A stretch of 64,000 nucleotides of DNA from Eledone cirrhosa. Lineage: Eukaryota. The notes under the pieces are model-generated. The model saw nothing but the letters and a program-made list of their open reading frames with translations, searched no databases and was not told the origin of the DNA. A program made the translations under genes and the position numbers. Of this stretch, positions 27,745 to 42,481 are shown piece by piece (position 1 is the stretch's first letter; the number at the start of each line of letters is the position of its first letter). The DNA lies in assembly GCA_964016885.1 (NCBI GenBank), contig OZ024742.1, positions 322,524,001 through 322,588,000 on the forward strand, given 5' to 3'.

Positions 27745-28142
27745 CAGATTGGGACTACTATCATTAAAACATCTAAGAAGCATATGAGATATAATCACAT
27801 AGGAGGTTAGCCTATATCTACATAATGTGTGCTGTAACATGATAGGACTGGGGTCCTTGCTGTTAAAACATTCAAGAAATCTCCTATGAGATACATCCTT
27901 ATTAGAGGCCAGCTAACTCTACATTGATTTGAGCTGTGACATGATAGGAATGGGGCCTTTATCGTTAAAACATCTCAGAAATTTCGTTATGGGATATAGC
28001 CTGATAGTAAGCCAGCTAAACCTACATTGATGTGAGCTGTGATAACATACTAAGAATGGAGCCTTTATTATTAAAACATCCCAGAAATTTCCTATGGGAT
28101 ATAGCCTCATAGTATATATACCTACATTGATGTGAACTGTAA
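27745..28142. repeat. Minisatellite of 4 diverged units of about 100-106 bp
   Basis: ttaaaacat recurs at 27764, 27863, 27965 and 28071, with shared atgggatatagcc and ctacattgatgtgagctgt. Confidence 0.85.
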
Positions 28143-29212
28143 ATATTGTTGTTTTTCATATCCTCTCTGTCTACAATCTCTGTATTATTGCTTCCTTTCT
28201 CTGTCTACAATCACTTTATCACCATATCTATTGTCTAGTCACTTCAGAAACACAAATGAACCAATGATTACAGTTCATTCTGGAATGTTTTAATATTTAA
28301 AACTCTTCCATCTCTTCATAAGGTTGTTGTTTCATCTGTTCTCCCATCCATACACAGTTTAGCCCCATTTCAACGATGATCAAGCAGACATATGACCAAA
28401 GTTAAGTAATGCTATCATCACCATCACTACCACAAACCATCACCATTATCAACAACAACTTCACTATTATTCTATTATCACCACCACTTGTCTGTCATAA
28501 AGTAACAGACCATCATTTAAACCATAACCACCTTAACCATACACACCACCATCACCACTATATTCTTCAATAAGAAATCAATGTCATTTACCAATTGTAG
28601 AAATGGTTCCATTGTTAGCCTGTTGCAACACTTGGCTACTATTTGTTGTTGTTATTTAATATTGTTTTCTATAGTACCTCTTCCCTCAATTAGTATCACT
28701 AAATAGTAACAGTACAATGTAATTCTAGGTCCTCTATGGCACTCTCTCATGGTAATAGTCTCTTGCTAAAAGAACCACTTATAACAAAAAATATTCTACA
28801 TTTCTTCCACCATTATTTATAATGTACAAAAAGTAGAAACAATTATTTATATTTTATTTAAATCTTGTGTAAATTTTTTCCTCTTGACATACTTTATACA
28901 AATTTGCAAGTTTTTTTTAAGGGAGTGGAAGTAGGGTTCTGTCATAAATGTATTATTTCCATAGTTATTTTTTAAATTGAATTTTATAGTGTATTTTTTT
29001 CAATTTTAGCTTTGAAGTGTGAAGCAAAAATAAATAGGAAAAAAAAAAGACATTTTCTCAGTTAAAAATGAAATAATTGTATTTGAACAAATTCTGGGAA
29101 AACATTTTTTAGTACTGGCGTCAGGAGAAACCTCCTCCTGCACGAAAAAAAGTCTCTGCATTTAAAGGTGCATTGCCTAGTGGTTATGATATTGGCTCAT
29201 TATGATAAGGTC

Positions 29213-29565
29213 CATCACAATCACCACCCATCATCACCACAACCATCATCACTGCCATCACCATCATCATCACTACAGCCACTGCCATCATCATTATCAC
29301 TACCAATGCCATCATCACAACCACTACCAGCATCACCATTATCAACGCCATCACCACCACAGCTTCCACCATCACCACCACAACCACCATCATCACCACA
29401 ACCACTACCACCATCACAACCACTGCCACCATCACCACCACAACCACTGCCATCACCACCACCACAACCACTGCCATCACCACCACCACAACCACTGTCA
29501 TCCCCACCACCACAACCACTTTCATCCCCACCACCACAACCACTGCCATCTCCCACCACCATCAT
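29213..29565. repeat. (CAC/CAT)n trinucleotide repeat with 21-24 bp higher-order unit
   Basis: Direct reading (caccaccacaaccactgccat). Confidence 0.95.
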
Positions 29566-30739
29566 TCTCTCTCGTGTATATATGTATACACATGGCATTG
29601 GCCAACTTGAGACTATAGAAGACACTTACCCTCAGTGTCACAGTAGGAATTTGAACCCAAAACTTAGAAACAGGCTGGTTCTTAAAATTGGGCCCGGTAT
29701 ATATAGGTGACACTGACTGACTACTGAGGGCTGGGGGCATGTTTTCACTGCTCAGCTAAGGTGATACTGACTAAAAGACTGCTGAGGGCCAGAGGTGTGT
29801 TTTCACTACTCAGCTAAAGTGCATTCCATTTTCATTTCAATCTTTGTGCAGCAGCTAGGACTTTATTTTATTTTTTTTTTTTTGTGACATTTTTACAGCT
29901 GTTTTGTTTTTTTATAGCCATCCCAGTAGCCCACTGGGCATTGCTCAAATACTCACATAGCCAGTTTGTCCCTTCGAAAACCACATGGGTTTTAAAGCAA
30001 ATTACTTAACCACACAGCCATCCTGCCCGTGCAAGTGGGGAAGCCAAAAGAAAACCAAACAACCAAAAACCATTTTCTTAACACTTAACCAGTTCATACT
30101 GACTGAGGAATTTTCACTTTGGATTCTCTGATCTGACTATTGACCAAATGTTGGAATTGGTTTAACTTTGGTAATTGAATCAGATCTAATATCTATAAAG
30201 CTGATTTGGGGTGGAGGTTGCCAAAAAAATAAATATATAAAATAAATAAAAATTGTGATAAAAAATAAGATGCGGCTGATTATGATGTAAAAATCTTTAT
30301 TGGTGATATTCTCACTCTCTCTCTCTTTTTCTGCCTATGTATCTCTCTGTCTGTCTCTATCTCTATCCATCTCATTACTCATCTCTCTCTCCATTGGAAA
30401 TATTTTGGTAGCACTTCAGCAATAATTGATCAATTGGTTGATTGATTATTTCTATAATTCTACTGAGAATTATTATTATTCATTTTATGCCTGTTTTCCA
30501 TGTATGGATTGTTGTTATGTTGATTGGGAGAATCGTTAGAGCTTTGGACAAAATACTTTGCAGTATTTGTGCTGGTTTACATCCGTTCGAATCTCACTGA
30601 GGTCAACTTTGCCTTCCACCCATCTGGGATCAGTAAAAGTGCCAATCAAGAACTGGGGTAGATTTAATCAATGTTCCACTTTCCACCAAATTGCTGGCTT
30701 TGTGCCTAAATTGAATATGCAATGAATGGTGAAGCCTGG

Positions 30740-31075
30740 ATGAGCTGAGGGTGTAAGAAGAATGGAATGTAGTGTACAAGACAGAAGACTGTGTTGGTAT
30801 GGACATATAATGTGTATGGAAGAAGATCATTTGAGTGAAGAAGTGCTAGAAGTTCTCAGTGGAAGGAAGCTGTCGTTGAAGAAGATCAAGACAGACCTGG
30901 GCAGAAGTGGTGAGTGCAAATCTCAAAATGCTGAACATCTCAGAGGAGAGCATGAAGGAGTGCAGCAGGGAGATGGAGGCCTTGCAAGGAAAAAAACCTG
31001 TCCAACCTATGCAAGCATAGAAAAGTAGACAATAAAGAATGACAAAGATAATGATCACCATTATTATTATCATCA
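30740..31075 (+). mobile_element. Old RTE 3' fragment
   Basis: CSVQDRRLCWYGHIMCM remnant; degenerate acctatgcaagcatagaa 3' end. Confidence 0.7.
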
Positions 31076-31705
31076 TCCATATTGCAGACAAATCATGTCA
31101 TTTTTACAACCCTAGGAGCATATCATAACCAATGACCAAGAGCCCGTTGGGATTCTTTCGTTAGTTCAATTTTCAATCACCTTGTAGTTCCCAATAATGT
31201 AGTTTTCTGTAATGGATCTGTTTCAATTTAGATCTGTCTCTGCTTCATCCAAGATTTCATTTTCTTTGATTGTTGTTATTTTTATTGCAACTCTCCCCCT
31301 CCCCCTCTCTCTCCTCTTTCTCTTTTCTCTATCTTTCTCTCGATACATGTGTGTATAATGTATGTATATATAAATGAACTTAGCTACTTTCTCACTTGAA
31401 TTTTAAATGCACATGCGCACACAAACAAGCAGACACTCAATGTGTGTGTGTGTAACAGCCCCCAGCCCACACTGTAGAGGGGTCATTTTTGGTGCATAAA
31501 TAACACTTATGACAATGTAGTAAATGTAGAAAAACAGTGTTTCATTGTAAAATAATCACTCCAGATATTTTAGCAGCTTATTTACTTAGAATTTGAAGCT
31601 GGTGAAAATTGTCAAAATGTTGACCCCAAATATAAGTTGACCTCCATTTTACAATCAATTTTTTTTTTTCTGTTGGCTTATATGCGAGTATATATATATA
31701 TGTGT

Positions 31706-31736
<31 letters not shown>

Positions 31737-31930
31737 TACACCCCCCCCCATACACACACACATGTATGTATGTGTGTGTGTGTGTGTGTGTATGACAGTC
31801 AGCTTCCTTATGATTTCTCAAGAATGAAAAAGTTCTAGTCCTGTAGAATCTCATCTATATTAAAACTATATATATATGTGTGTGTGTATGTATGTATATA
31901 TATGTATATATATATGTATGTGTATATATA

Positions 31931-31961
<31 letters not shown>

Positions 31962-32002
31962 GTATATATATATATATATATGTGTATGTGTGTGTATATA
32001 TA

Positions 32003-32101
32003 TAGGGTGTTCCAAAAATGTATACACACTTCAACATCATTCTAATAAATATTGTTTGTACAGGCAGTCAAAGTGTATATACATTTTTTGGGGTCACCCT
32101 G
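32003..32101. mobile_element. Tc1/mariner-type MITE
   Basis: TIRs (c/t)agggtgttccaaaaatgtatacacactt / aagtgtatatacattttttggggtcaccctg with TA flanks; second copy at 57593-57669. Confidence 0.8.
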
Positions 32102-32327
32102 TATGTGTGTACACACACACAAATAAAAGCTTGTTGGCAATGTAAGTATAATACTTATTCTGTCCCAACATTTTTTAACCTAATTAGATTATTCTCTGCA
32201 AAATATTAGTTATGTGGTTTCCTATGATATTGGCAGTGTGCAAAGCTCTGAGGTCTTGGATTTTAGCGCTAATTCTTTCATGGAACCACATGATCATTAA
32301 ATATCATATATCGATCTCTTTTGATAT

Positions 32328-32360
<33 letters not shown>

Positions 32361-32546
32361 GTGTGTGTGTAGCATGACTAACTGAAGGATGTGTTGTTAG
32401 CATATAAAATATTACGTATCGGCAAATAGCAAAACTGCCATGTACACATGCATGTAGTTTGACATGCATGTGTGCATGTTTTAAGATTTGGATGCCAATC
32501 AGCCTACAGTAAAATATTCCATATATTGCTAAGTGTTGTTTCTTAA

Positions 32547-32941
32547 CTCTTTAGCATTTAAACCAGCCATATCCGGCCAGAATTCTCTCACCCCTTTCAG
32601 TTCAAACTAGCTGTAACTGGCCACTCATACCGACGTTAAAGTATTGTTCTCAAAATAAATATCAAAATCTCGTTGATTCAATATTATGAGATAATTATGT
32701 GAGGTAAAGCCTTTAACTATGAAAATACAATAGTAAAGTTAGAGTAATGCTAAATGGTTAACGGTCATATCCGGCCAGAATTCTCTCACCTCTTTCTCTT
32801 CAAACTGGCCATAACCTGTTGTTCATACTTATGTTAAGGTACTGTTTTCAAAATAAATCTCATAGATTTGATATGATGTAAGATAAAGTGTTTACTGTGA
32901 AAATGCAATAGTTAATATAGAGTAATGTGAATGCTAAAGGG
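32547..32941 (+). mobile_element. piggyBac-type MITE family A, head-to-tail dimer
   Basis: ttaa-ctctttagcatt...atgctaaaggg-ttaa; internal sequence repeated after TTAA at 32758. Confidence 0.8.
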
Positions 32942-33517
32942 TTAAACCATTTCATCATCATAACAATTTTACTGTTGTTCCATGCTTACATGGGTTGGAT
33001 ATGTTCTCTGTATCATAGTTGGCTTTCACTCATTGCATTCCTTTGTCATCTCCTCTATGGGGTTCAGCATTTTGAGATCAGCTTCAATCACATCTGCTTA
33101 GGTTTCACATGGACCTTTTCTTTTGCAGCTTCCATTGCATTGATATCTCCTGGCACTTCTTTACCTAGTGATCATCAGCCATACACATCACATATCCATA
33201 CCAACAGTCAACTCTTTTAAACAGTACATCTGTTTCATCTCATATTTTCGATATTGGATGTGTATATAAATCATCAGTATTGTATAGCGTCTACTTTTTC
33301 AAGCTAAGATAGGTTGGTTGGGTTTTCACAAAGTCAACACTCAATGGAACCACAGTCATCACAGATGGACCATCTCGTTTATGTATCTTCCAACACTTTA
33401 CAGAGTTGACTGTGTGCATTTTATTATCATGGCATCAGCATTAAAGGTGTTGTCAATCCTTTGACTCAACTAAAGAGTCCTTTCAGCTATGTTTGATACG
33501 CGCGCGCACACGCACAC

Positions 33518-33601
<84 letters not shown>

Positions 33602-34538
33602 GTATGCACTCACATATTCATTATTTTTTTGTAATCTTTTTTATATTTTATATATATAAACATGAAGTAGTACAAATCAACAGGTTAAAATTAACTTCGT
33701 TTATTCATAATTGCTGTGATAACCGTTATGCAACAGCTATGGCCTCATCAGACAGCTACAATTTGAACAGTAAAAACATGAAGATGGAATAAGGCTTACT
33801 TCTGTTATTTCGATTCTTTGATACGTTCCTTGCTGAATTTTGGTGTGGGTGTGGGTAAATTTGGAATGGATGTTTCTGTAATTCATTGTGATTCCATTGC
33901 TGAGCAAAAGAAATGGATTGAAATTGTAGAAAGAGAAACAGGGTATGGATAGTGTATGCGTTTGTGTGTGTGTATATATATGAAAAACCTTTACATGAGT
34001 TGTTTTATGTGGTAATCAGTTGCTGTGATTAAATCCGCACCATCTTCACGACCAACATCTTTGGTCTGATCACATACAGGTATTGTGACAGGCAGAGATG
34101 TATTCTGCTGCTGAGTTATAAACTGCCCATTCAACAGTCACCATTTTCAACTACCTGTATCAAGAAAACCAGTGTTGAGGACTTAGATGTGTTATTGAAT
34201 AAGACAATGAAGCTTGGATCACACCATATTTTTTTCATTTAGGATGGGAGGACCAGTGAACAGAGAGGCTTAAATGGTACTCTGCCTATCTGAAACACTC
34301 AAGTCCAACATACACCATATGGCACACATACACAAACACATGCAATTTAATAAATCAAATCTGACAAGCAGGTGCAACGAAAAACCAATTATGCATAACC
34401 ATTTACCAGCCTTACTGACATGAACAAAGAAAATATATATACACACACACATATACATACATATTGTATTTGCTTATATATATATATATATAAGCATGAA
34501 AAAAACGGACATAAACATGATGATAATATATGTATATA

Positions 34539-35701
34539 CAGGGTTTGTCCCAAAAGTAAAGGTATTGATTTTCCTATGTACAACATGGTAACACAGCACC
34601 TCATTGATGTATATAGGTGTGTTGGTTATAACCTTGGCTGTCTTGTTTTAACATGATCAATTGAGTAAGTCATAAATTATTGCTGTTCACGTACAGGTGT
34701 GTTATGCAGGAAAATATCAATGGAACGCGATCAAATTTTGTGTGAAACTCAACAAATCTGCCACCGAAAAGAAAATGTTATGATGCACCTCATTCAGGAA
34801 AGCCAATGTCATCAACAAAATGTGGAAGTGGTGCAAGCGATGATGGCGAAAGATCGCCGATTAAGTGCTAGGTTGAATGCAGAAGAAACAGGCTTGGATA
34901 AAAATTCAGTTCACAGAATTTTCACAGACCATTTGCACATGTGAAAAATTTGTGCAAAGCTAATGCCCAAGCACTTGTGCAGAAAAAAGTGAGCCAGTTG
35001 GAAATTTATCAGGATTTGCTAGAAAGACTCGAAATTGAGCAAAATTTCCTAGATAAAGTAATGACAGGAGATGAATCATGAGTGTTTGTCATTTTTCTTT
35101 GGATTGTACTCAAAGTGGGAAGTGACACATGAACATTTCTCCTCATCTGAAGAAAGCACACATGAGCAGATCCAGGGTGCAAACAATGATTATCATTTTT
35201 TCAACAGCCGTGGTATTGTTCACAAAATTTTTACCTCCAGGACAAACAGCTAATTTCACCTTCTACAAAGATGTCTTGGAACAACTTTGAAAACTGATCC
35301 AGTAAGTCTGAAAGGAGATTGCAAGAGATTGGGTACTGCACCACAATAACTTGCCTGCTCATACAGCACTTTCAATAAGAGAATTTCTGGAGAAAAAAAA
35401 AACATGCAGACTCTTCCACACTCTCCTTACAACCCAGATCTAGCTCTTTGTGATTTCTACCTTTTCCCTAAGTTGAAATCGAAGTTGAAGGTCATCATTT
35501 TGGGACTGAAAAACGTACAAAATATTGTAACCGACAAGCTAAGGATACTCACAGAAAAGGACTTCTAGTACTGCTATGATCAATGGAAAAAACGTTGGAA
35601 CCACTGTGTGACTTCCCAAGGGTCATTTTTTTTAAAGAGATAACTTGTAATTTCATGTACATTTAAACAAAACAGTACTTTTACTTTTGGGACAAACCTC
35701 G
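34539..35701 (+). mobile_element. Degenerate mariner element
   Basis: Imperfect TIRs gtttgtcccaaaagtaaa with TA flanks; remnants VMTGDES, LHHNNLPAH and PYNPDLALCDFYLFPK. Confidence 0.9.
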
Positions 35702-37569
35702 TATAAGTAAATAGCATTTCATAAAAATTTAGTTGTATCTCTCTGTAAAGATAATCTACTTTGAGAAAATATACTTAAATTTTTTTTTTCTAATGTTTCT
35801 GGCATTGTCACTGAATTGCATTAAAAGTTAACAACTATCTACAAAATAAGAACTTAGAAATGACAATTATGCTGGTGATGATGTATTTATGGATTTCCAA
35901 ATAGTTTTTTTTTCTCTCATTTTCTTAAATTAGATTAAAATTGTTTTGTGTGCATATGTATGTTGCATATGTGTGGGTAATGTGTGTGTGTGTGTGTGTA
36001 TATATATATCTATGCATGTATGTATACATGCACACACATACATTCATGCATAAACATATATATTCAAATACACACTCACACTCAACAATATATTGTCTTG
36101 TTGCTCCATTCTGAAGAAATCTTAGTTTGTCATTTGTAGGACTTCATTCTCTCTCTGTAACTGATGACATGTTTTAACAAGGCACAGCAGAATTATCATC
36201 TGACATTTTATATATAGAATGTTCTAGTATAAATCACAGAATATTTCCACCCCTTCTCCACCCTGTTTATGTGTATATAATATCATTTACCATGTGTACT
36301 CATAAATAAGCAAGTTTTTTAGAAAAGAAAAAAATCTAGCATGAAAAGTCATTGCAATATATCTATCGACCCTTGCTTTGGGCTTGAAATTTTAAATGAT
36401 GAAACCAAAATATTGTAAACACTGGGGTGGGGATAACTTCTACATGTACAGTGTATTCAGTATGTATTTTATGTTTTAGAATATATATACTCATCATTAT
36501 CATACATCCATTTTCAAATCTGGTATGGGTTGAATGAGTTGTCATGTTTCATGACTAGATAGATCAGGAGAATAAATCTTTGTATGTCACATGTTTGGCT
36601 TGGCTTTTAGGTTTCTGGATGCCATTCTTAATGCTAAACACTTTATAAACTGGGTGCATTTTATCATGTCACCAATACAACCATTTACAGAGTGTACTGG
36701 GTAGATTTTATGGCGACGCCAATACTACCACTTTACAGAACAGCTAAACATTAACTGAATGAACACTCAATAGATGAGTTAAATTTTCCAAAGTTCCAAG
36801 TTTCAGCTACAGTACCTTGTACTATGGCTATCCCGTGCAATCCAGGATAACTTGGCATGAGCATATACTGTTCTTTCTCTCATGGTTTTTAAGTGTCCAC
36901 GTATATGTGACCTGCTCACAGAATATTCATGATGTGACCGCTAGAGGGAACGAGGATGGCATCAGCACTAAATGAGTACTGTGTGTGTTTAAAATACAGT
37001 TTTCATGGTCTTTTTTTTTTTTTTTTTTTTAGTCATTTTCTGTCATCCAGCTTAAATAGTTGTAATAAGATCCTAGATGATAACAGGGGATACAAAAAAA
37101 ATCACAATCACTCATAATATATCTTATTACTAGGGCACCAGTTTAGTTGAATAAATAAAATGTAATAGGGGTTTAGATAGAACAGTTGTTCTCAAACTTT
37201 TCACTGCCTAGAACCTTGTATGGACACTAAGCTTTACAAAGGTTTATCTACTCAAATATGTCTGTGTAATTGTGTGTGTACTTGAGAGATAGATAAAATG
37301 TAATGCCATTTGTTTTAGAAAACCGAATTGACAACAGTTACCTCCCTTGCATTAACAATTTTTCTTGAAATTTCCGAAACAGATTTAAATATCATTTAAA
37401 TTACTTGAATACTGTGGGTGAGTTGTTCCCCAAATTGTTTTGACGTGGAACCCCATAAATCGCGAAAGACCTATCTATATTTTACGGACGATCGAACCAA
37501 CTGTTATATTAAAAAGACATTAAATTAAACAAAAATACTTTTAGAGACCGAATTCATTAATTCTTTTAA

Positions 37570-37880
37570 TCTTTTACTAGTTTCAGTTATTAGACAGCAA
37601 TTATGTTAGGGCACCGCCATAAAGGGCTTTAGCCGACAATATCAATGCCAGTACTTTTTTTCGAGTCATTTATTTTATCGATTTCATTTTGTCAAACCGC
37701 TTTATTATGGGATACAAACACACACACATGACGGGCTTTTATCAAATTCCCTCACAAGGTATTGCTTAACCCAAGACTATCGTTAAAAAAAGTACTTGCT
37801 GAAGGTGTTACGCAAAATAAGTGAACCCGAAACCACGTTGATCCGAAGCAGTCTTCGTAATCACCTAGCCATGACTGCAC
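37570..37880 (-). mobile_element. tRNA-derived SINE (second family); related copies at about 29590-30025 and 61965-62285
   Basis: Shared actatagaagacacttgcc.aaggtg...gaacccgaaaccac...aaccacacagccatg motifs. Confidence 0.7.
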
Positions 37881-39100
37881 TTATACACCCCCCCCCCTCC
37901 CATATACGAGACATCTTATTTCGTGAAATCCCAGAAATTTTTAATGGAACATACTTTGGGAAGCACTGCCGGGAGCTAAACGAAACTGTCTGATTAGCTG
38001 AGATTAGAATGCCTTTGAATCTTAAATCGACCTTATCATGCTTGACCTAGGGCGAAACAGCCACAACAACAGCATCTATATAAACAGCAAGCTGTAACAG
38101 AAAACTATCTCGATGTTACTCCCACAGATTCTGTAATCTTTTAAAGTTAATCTTAATTCGCATTAGTCGTTAGAGCGTTGGGTTAAATGTCTCGGTATTT
38201 GTTTCGGCTTTCTGCACTCAGAGCTCAAATCCTGCCGAGGTCAACTTTACCATTCATCTGTTCAGGTTCGGTAAAACACCAATCTAAGGGCGGTGGATTA
38301 GCGGAATTGTTACAGTGTCGGTATCTAATCTGGATGTGTGAGTTTTGAGTTTAACTCTCGCGTCCTTCTGCTAGGAGCTGCGAGCGACAGATAGCAATGG
38401 AAAAATACCAATGGAAACATTTTCCCCGGTTCCTTAATATTTACCCATTCTCAAAATCCTAGTGAAAATGAGGCGACGTTAAAGCAGTATTTCAAGAGTT
38501 GTTCCCCTTTGATATTAGATGTGTAGCTAGTTACAGTGGAATGTTTTGCATGCTCAGTCGCTTAATGGGGCCAATGAAACGGTGATAAGTTCCAGTCTGA
38601 TGAGCCCCTGTGCTTGGAATAAACTTTAACCCTTTTGTTACCACATTTGTTATCAAAGACACTACCTATTATTTTCAAATAATTTTGAAAATAATCATGA
38701 TTTAGTAATTTAGCTTTTTAAATATTAAGTTGGTGTTTAGTACATAATTTAAATAGAAGTTATTATATAAATTTAAACTTAAAACAGTTTCATATTATAG
38801 TTGCTTCTGGTTTTATTGTTTCGTTTATTGGCATGTGAGTTGTGTTATTTTGTTGTGTGGTATTTATATTTAGTTTCAAACTGTGATTCTGTATAGCAGT
38901 GCTTCTCAAACCTATTTCGTCATGGAACCCTTAATTGTATTCTATAGTCTCCTCACATTCCCCACTTTTAATGGGACATCAAAAAGCATTGTTTCGTTGA
39001 GAGAATTTAGTCATACAGTCGTTGCGCGTGCGCGCTCGCGCACACAAATCAATTCAAAAGAATGACCCATGTGGCTAAGATCTTACAAAATTAATTTTAA

Positions 39101-39256
39101 AAGAAGTTGGGCGAAGACAATGGAAAAACGAAAAAAACACTGGAGAGTTCCTTCTCATTAGTCGACTTCTGGAAGTCCATGTGATTCCAGAGGTCGACTG
39201 ATAAGGGACTGTCCTGTGTTTCGTCCATTTTTCTATTGCCTTCGCCCAACTTTTTT
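39101..39256. mobile_element. Palindromic MITE-like element flanked by TTAA
   Basis: aagttgggcgaagacaatggaaaaa / tttttctattgccttcgcccaactt and inner agtcgacttctggaa / ttccagaggtcgact. Confidence 0.75.
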
Positions 39257-39651
39257 TTAATTATATATATTATAACCCAACGGTACAAAAATGATGAGAT
39301 TTATAGTAAAAATATTTAATTTATAATTCCTCAATCACGATATAATATGTAAAGATACTTGAATCTTCGATCACCATATTTAATTTTACATTCCAGGTTT
39401 TCTTTAATCATTTTAAGATGACTTTGTTCTGTCTGTCTGCCCTATGTCTATCATGTTGTTGTCCAAAGATAAAAACATTGGTAAGTATACATAGATAACT
39501 ATAGATTGACAATCAGACAGATTGATTGGGAGGTAAGAAGGTAGATACACAGATTGACATACGGATACATAAGCAAACAGACTGACAGACAGATAGGTAA
39601 GCAGAAACAGACAGATACACAGTTAAGTACATACATAGATGTTGTATTTAT

Positions 39652-40817
39652 AAATAATAATAATGAAATTGTGTAAAGTGCTCAGGTGCACTACAACTCG
39701 TCAAAGGTGTATGTATAGTACATAGAATAATACACAAATGTCAGGGAAGTACATGTGTGTATGTGTTAGCTGTAGTTTTGGCGGATCTCGGGAAGCATGG
39801 AGGCCTTAAAGGATGCAGTGTCTCGACAGCTAACAACTGATGCAGGTAGTTTGTTCCATGCTTCAGCAAATCTGAATGGGAACTGTGCTGTTTTCTTACT
39901 TTGTGGGCATGTCCACGTGTGTTAGACACATGGAAATCAAAAAAGTACTCAGGGTTGTTGTTGGCAACATGGTTAACAATTTTGTGGGTGTTTACCAAGT
40001 CAGTTGCCAGGCGTCGGAGCTTCAATGTATCCATGCCCAGGGAAGCAAGCCGCTCAGAGCATGGTAGATGCCTGATGGAGGGTATTCGCTTGGTTGCACG
40101 TCTCTGAACAGTTTCCAGGCGGTCAATGTTCTGAGCAAGATAGAATTTGCATCACCAGTCTAGAACTCCTAAGTGTGGTCGCACCATAGCCATGTACAGC
40201 CTTAAATAGATATCTGGAGAGCGGCTGACAAAGGTCTTTCTGAGTGATGCTAAGACACCCTCGGCCCTCTTGACAATTTTAGAGACGTGCTTCGTCCAAC
40301 GCAAATCGCTGCTGACCGTAATGCCCAGGTCACGTTCACAAGAAGACTTCTTGATATTAGTGTGCTGTGGAGGGAGTATGTGGACGCTGGGTTTTTACTC
40401 CCAAAATGCATGGTGGTGCACTTGTCCACAGCTAGCTTGAGTTGCCAGTCTGAGATCCATTGTTGCATTGTGTCCAGGTCAGACTGCAAGCAAGATCTAT
40501 AGTGTTCAGGATCTGTCCTTTTTATCTCGGGGTACAGCTTGATGTCGTCTGCGTACTTTAGTACTGTGGCATTCTTTAAGTTGGCATCTATGTCATTAAT
40601 ATATGCCACAAACAAAAGGGGGGCCAAGAACAGATCCCTGTGGTACACCAGATGACATCTCATATGGTGAGGAATGCTGTCCCAGAACCGTGACTACCTC
40701 TCTTCGACTGAGAATGAAGGACTTCAACCAGTTAAAAAGATCATCCTTCACACCCATTGCAGAGAGTTTTGCCATAAGCCTTTTGTGTGGCACAGAATTG
40801 AAGGCTTTCGCAAAGTC
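39652..40817 (-). mobile_element. CR1-clade LINE, 5'-truncated, (ATT)n tail
   Basis: DFAKAFNSVPHKRL, SGVPQGSVLGP, YINDI, YADDIKLY and NTRGH remnants. Confidence 0.9.
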
Positions 40818-41344
40818 ATTTGCCTGAAGATAGATAAATAGGTTGCAGCTTGACCACTGAACTTCTTGTCAACATGGTTAGAGAGAGAGAGGGGGGGGGG
40901 AGATATCAAATTATCATTCCCCTGTCAAAGTCAAGGTGTTTATCACTTGACCCTTGTGTTATAATATGAATATATATCATCATCGTTTTTACTTCAACAT
41001 TCTCATCAGGCATGAGTTAGACAGGACTTTTTGAGGCAATGTTTTACAGCCGGATATGTCCTTCCCGACAAACAATTTGTCATTTCTTACAGCATGTAGA
41101 ATTACTGTAGACCTATTCTAACTTGGATACACATTGCCTATATATATATATATATATATATAACATTCAAAGTTATAGACGTCACTAAAGGGTGGACATC
41201 AGGAAAGGGCTTTCAACTGTAAAACACATCCGGGTGTCCCAGCTGACCAATGCCAGTGCGAAAATGAATGTAGGTGTAAAAACTATGATGATGTAATAAT
41301 AAATTTTAAGATGGCTTATTCTGCAGAACCCACTTAGGGAAATA

Positions 41345-41376
<32 letters not shown>

Positions 41377-41565
41377 GGTTATATTAATGGGTGACAGCTG
41401 TGTGGAATGTGGCTTGTTGGTTGTTATAAGTGTGTTAATGTGTATTAGACAGTAGCTATATTTAGAACCCCCTTCAAATACACACACGGACACACAAAAC
41501 TAACCACACACATTATATATATAATTGACACATGCACACATATATATAAAACAAAAGAAACATTT

Positions 41566-41774
<209 letters not shown>

Positions 41775-41822
41775 GAGACACACACAGACACACACACACA
41801 CACACATACACACATACACACA

Positions 41823-41853
<31 letters not shown>

Positions 41854-42481
41854 TCAATATATTGAATATTTACTCCAGTAACTGTTGAGTGCTTTATATC
41901 AGTTATAAAACTTTTAAGCTTGTTGAATCCCAAGAAATTAAATATAACTTCTGCATATATATATATAGAGAGAGAGACACAAAACTGACACGCTTATACA
42001 TGTGTGTGTATTTGTGCATAGATCACATCCACACACCTGATACAGACACAGTCATATGCAATGATATATACACACACCAAACACTACCATATGTCACTAA
42101 TATATACTCCAATATAAACTGACTGAGATGCAGAATGGTATGGGTGTGGGGGAATTAGGAATGACTCCTGTAATTCAGTGATTCCATTTCTGAGTACAAG
42201 AAATAGATTGAAGTAGTAGAGAGGGAGAGAGAGAAAGTGTATGTATATGAATTTGTGTTTGTGTGTGCATCTGTGTATGTCTGTGTAAGAGAAGAGTTGA
42301 AGGGTGTGTGCTTGTAAGTTGAAATGAAAGTAGATGTGGTGTAGTCAATTATTATATAAAGCCCAGAAAATTCACATGTACATTGTGTGTGTGTGTGTGT
42401 GTGCGCAAATGTGCATGCACGTGTGTGTGTGTGTGTGCATGTTTATCTGATGGTGGATGTTGCAAGTTTTAAATGAAGGCA

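Noticed and set aside
27745-28142. CRISPR-like array
   Set aside because: Whole units are homologous and diverged, with no repeat-spacer alternation or cas genes; eukaryotic context
29168-29710. Pro-rich, His-rich or Gly-rich ORFs
   Set aside because: CAC/CAT trinucleotide repeat open in several frames on both strands
33990-34160. Possible exon in unique sequence with splice-like words on both strands
   Set aside because: All frames bounded by the splice-like sites contain stops or give no recognisable peptide
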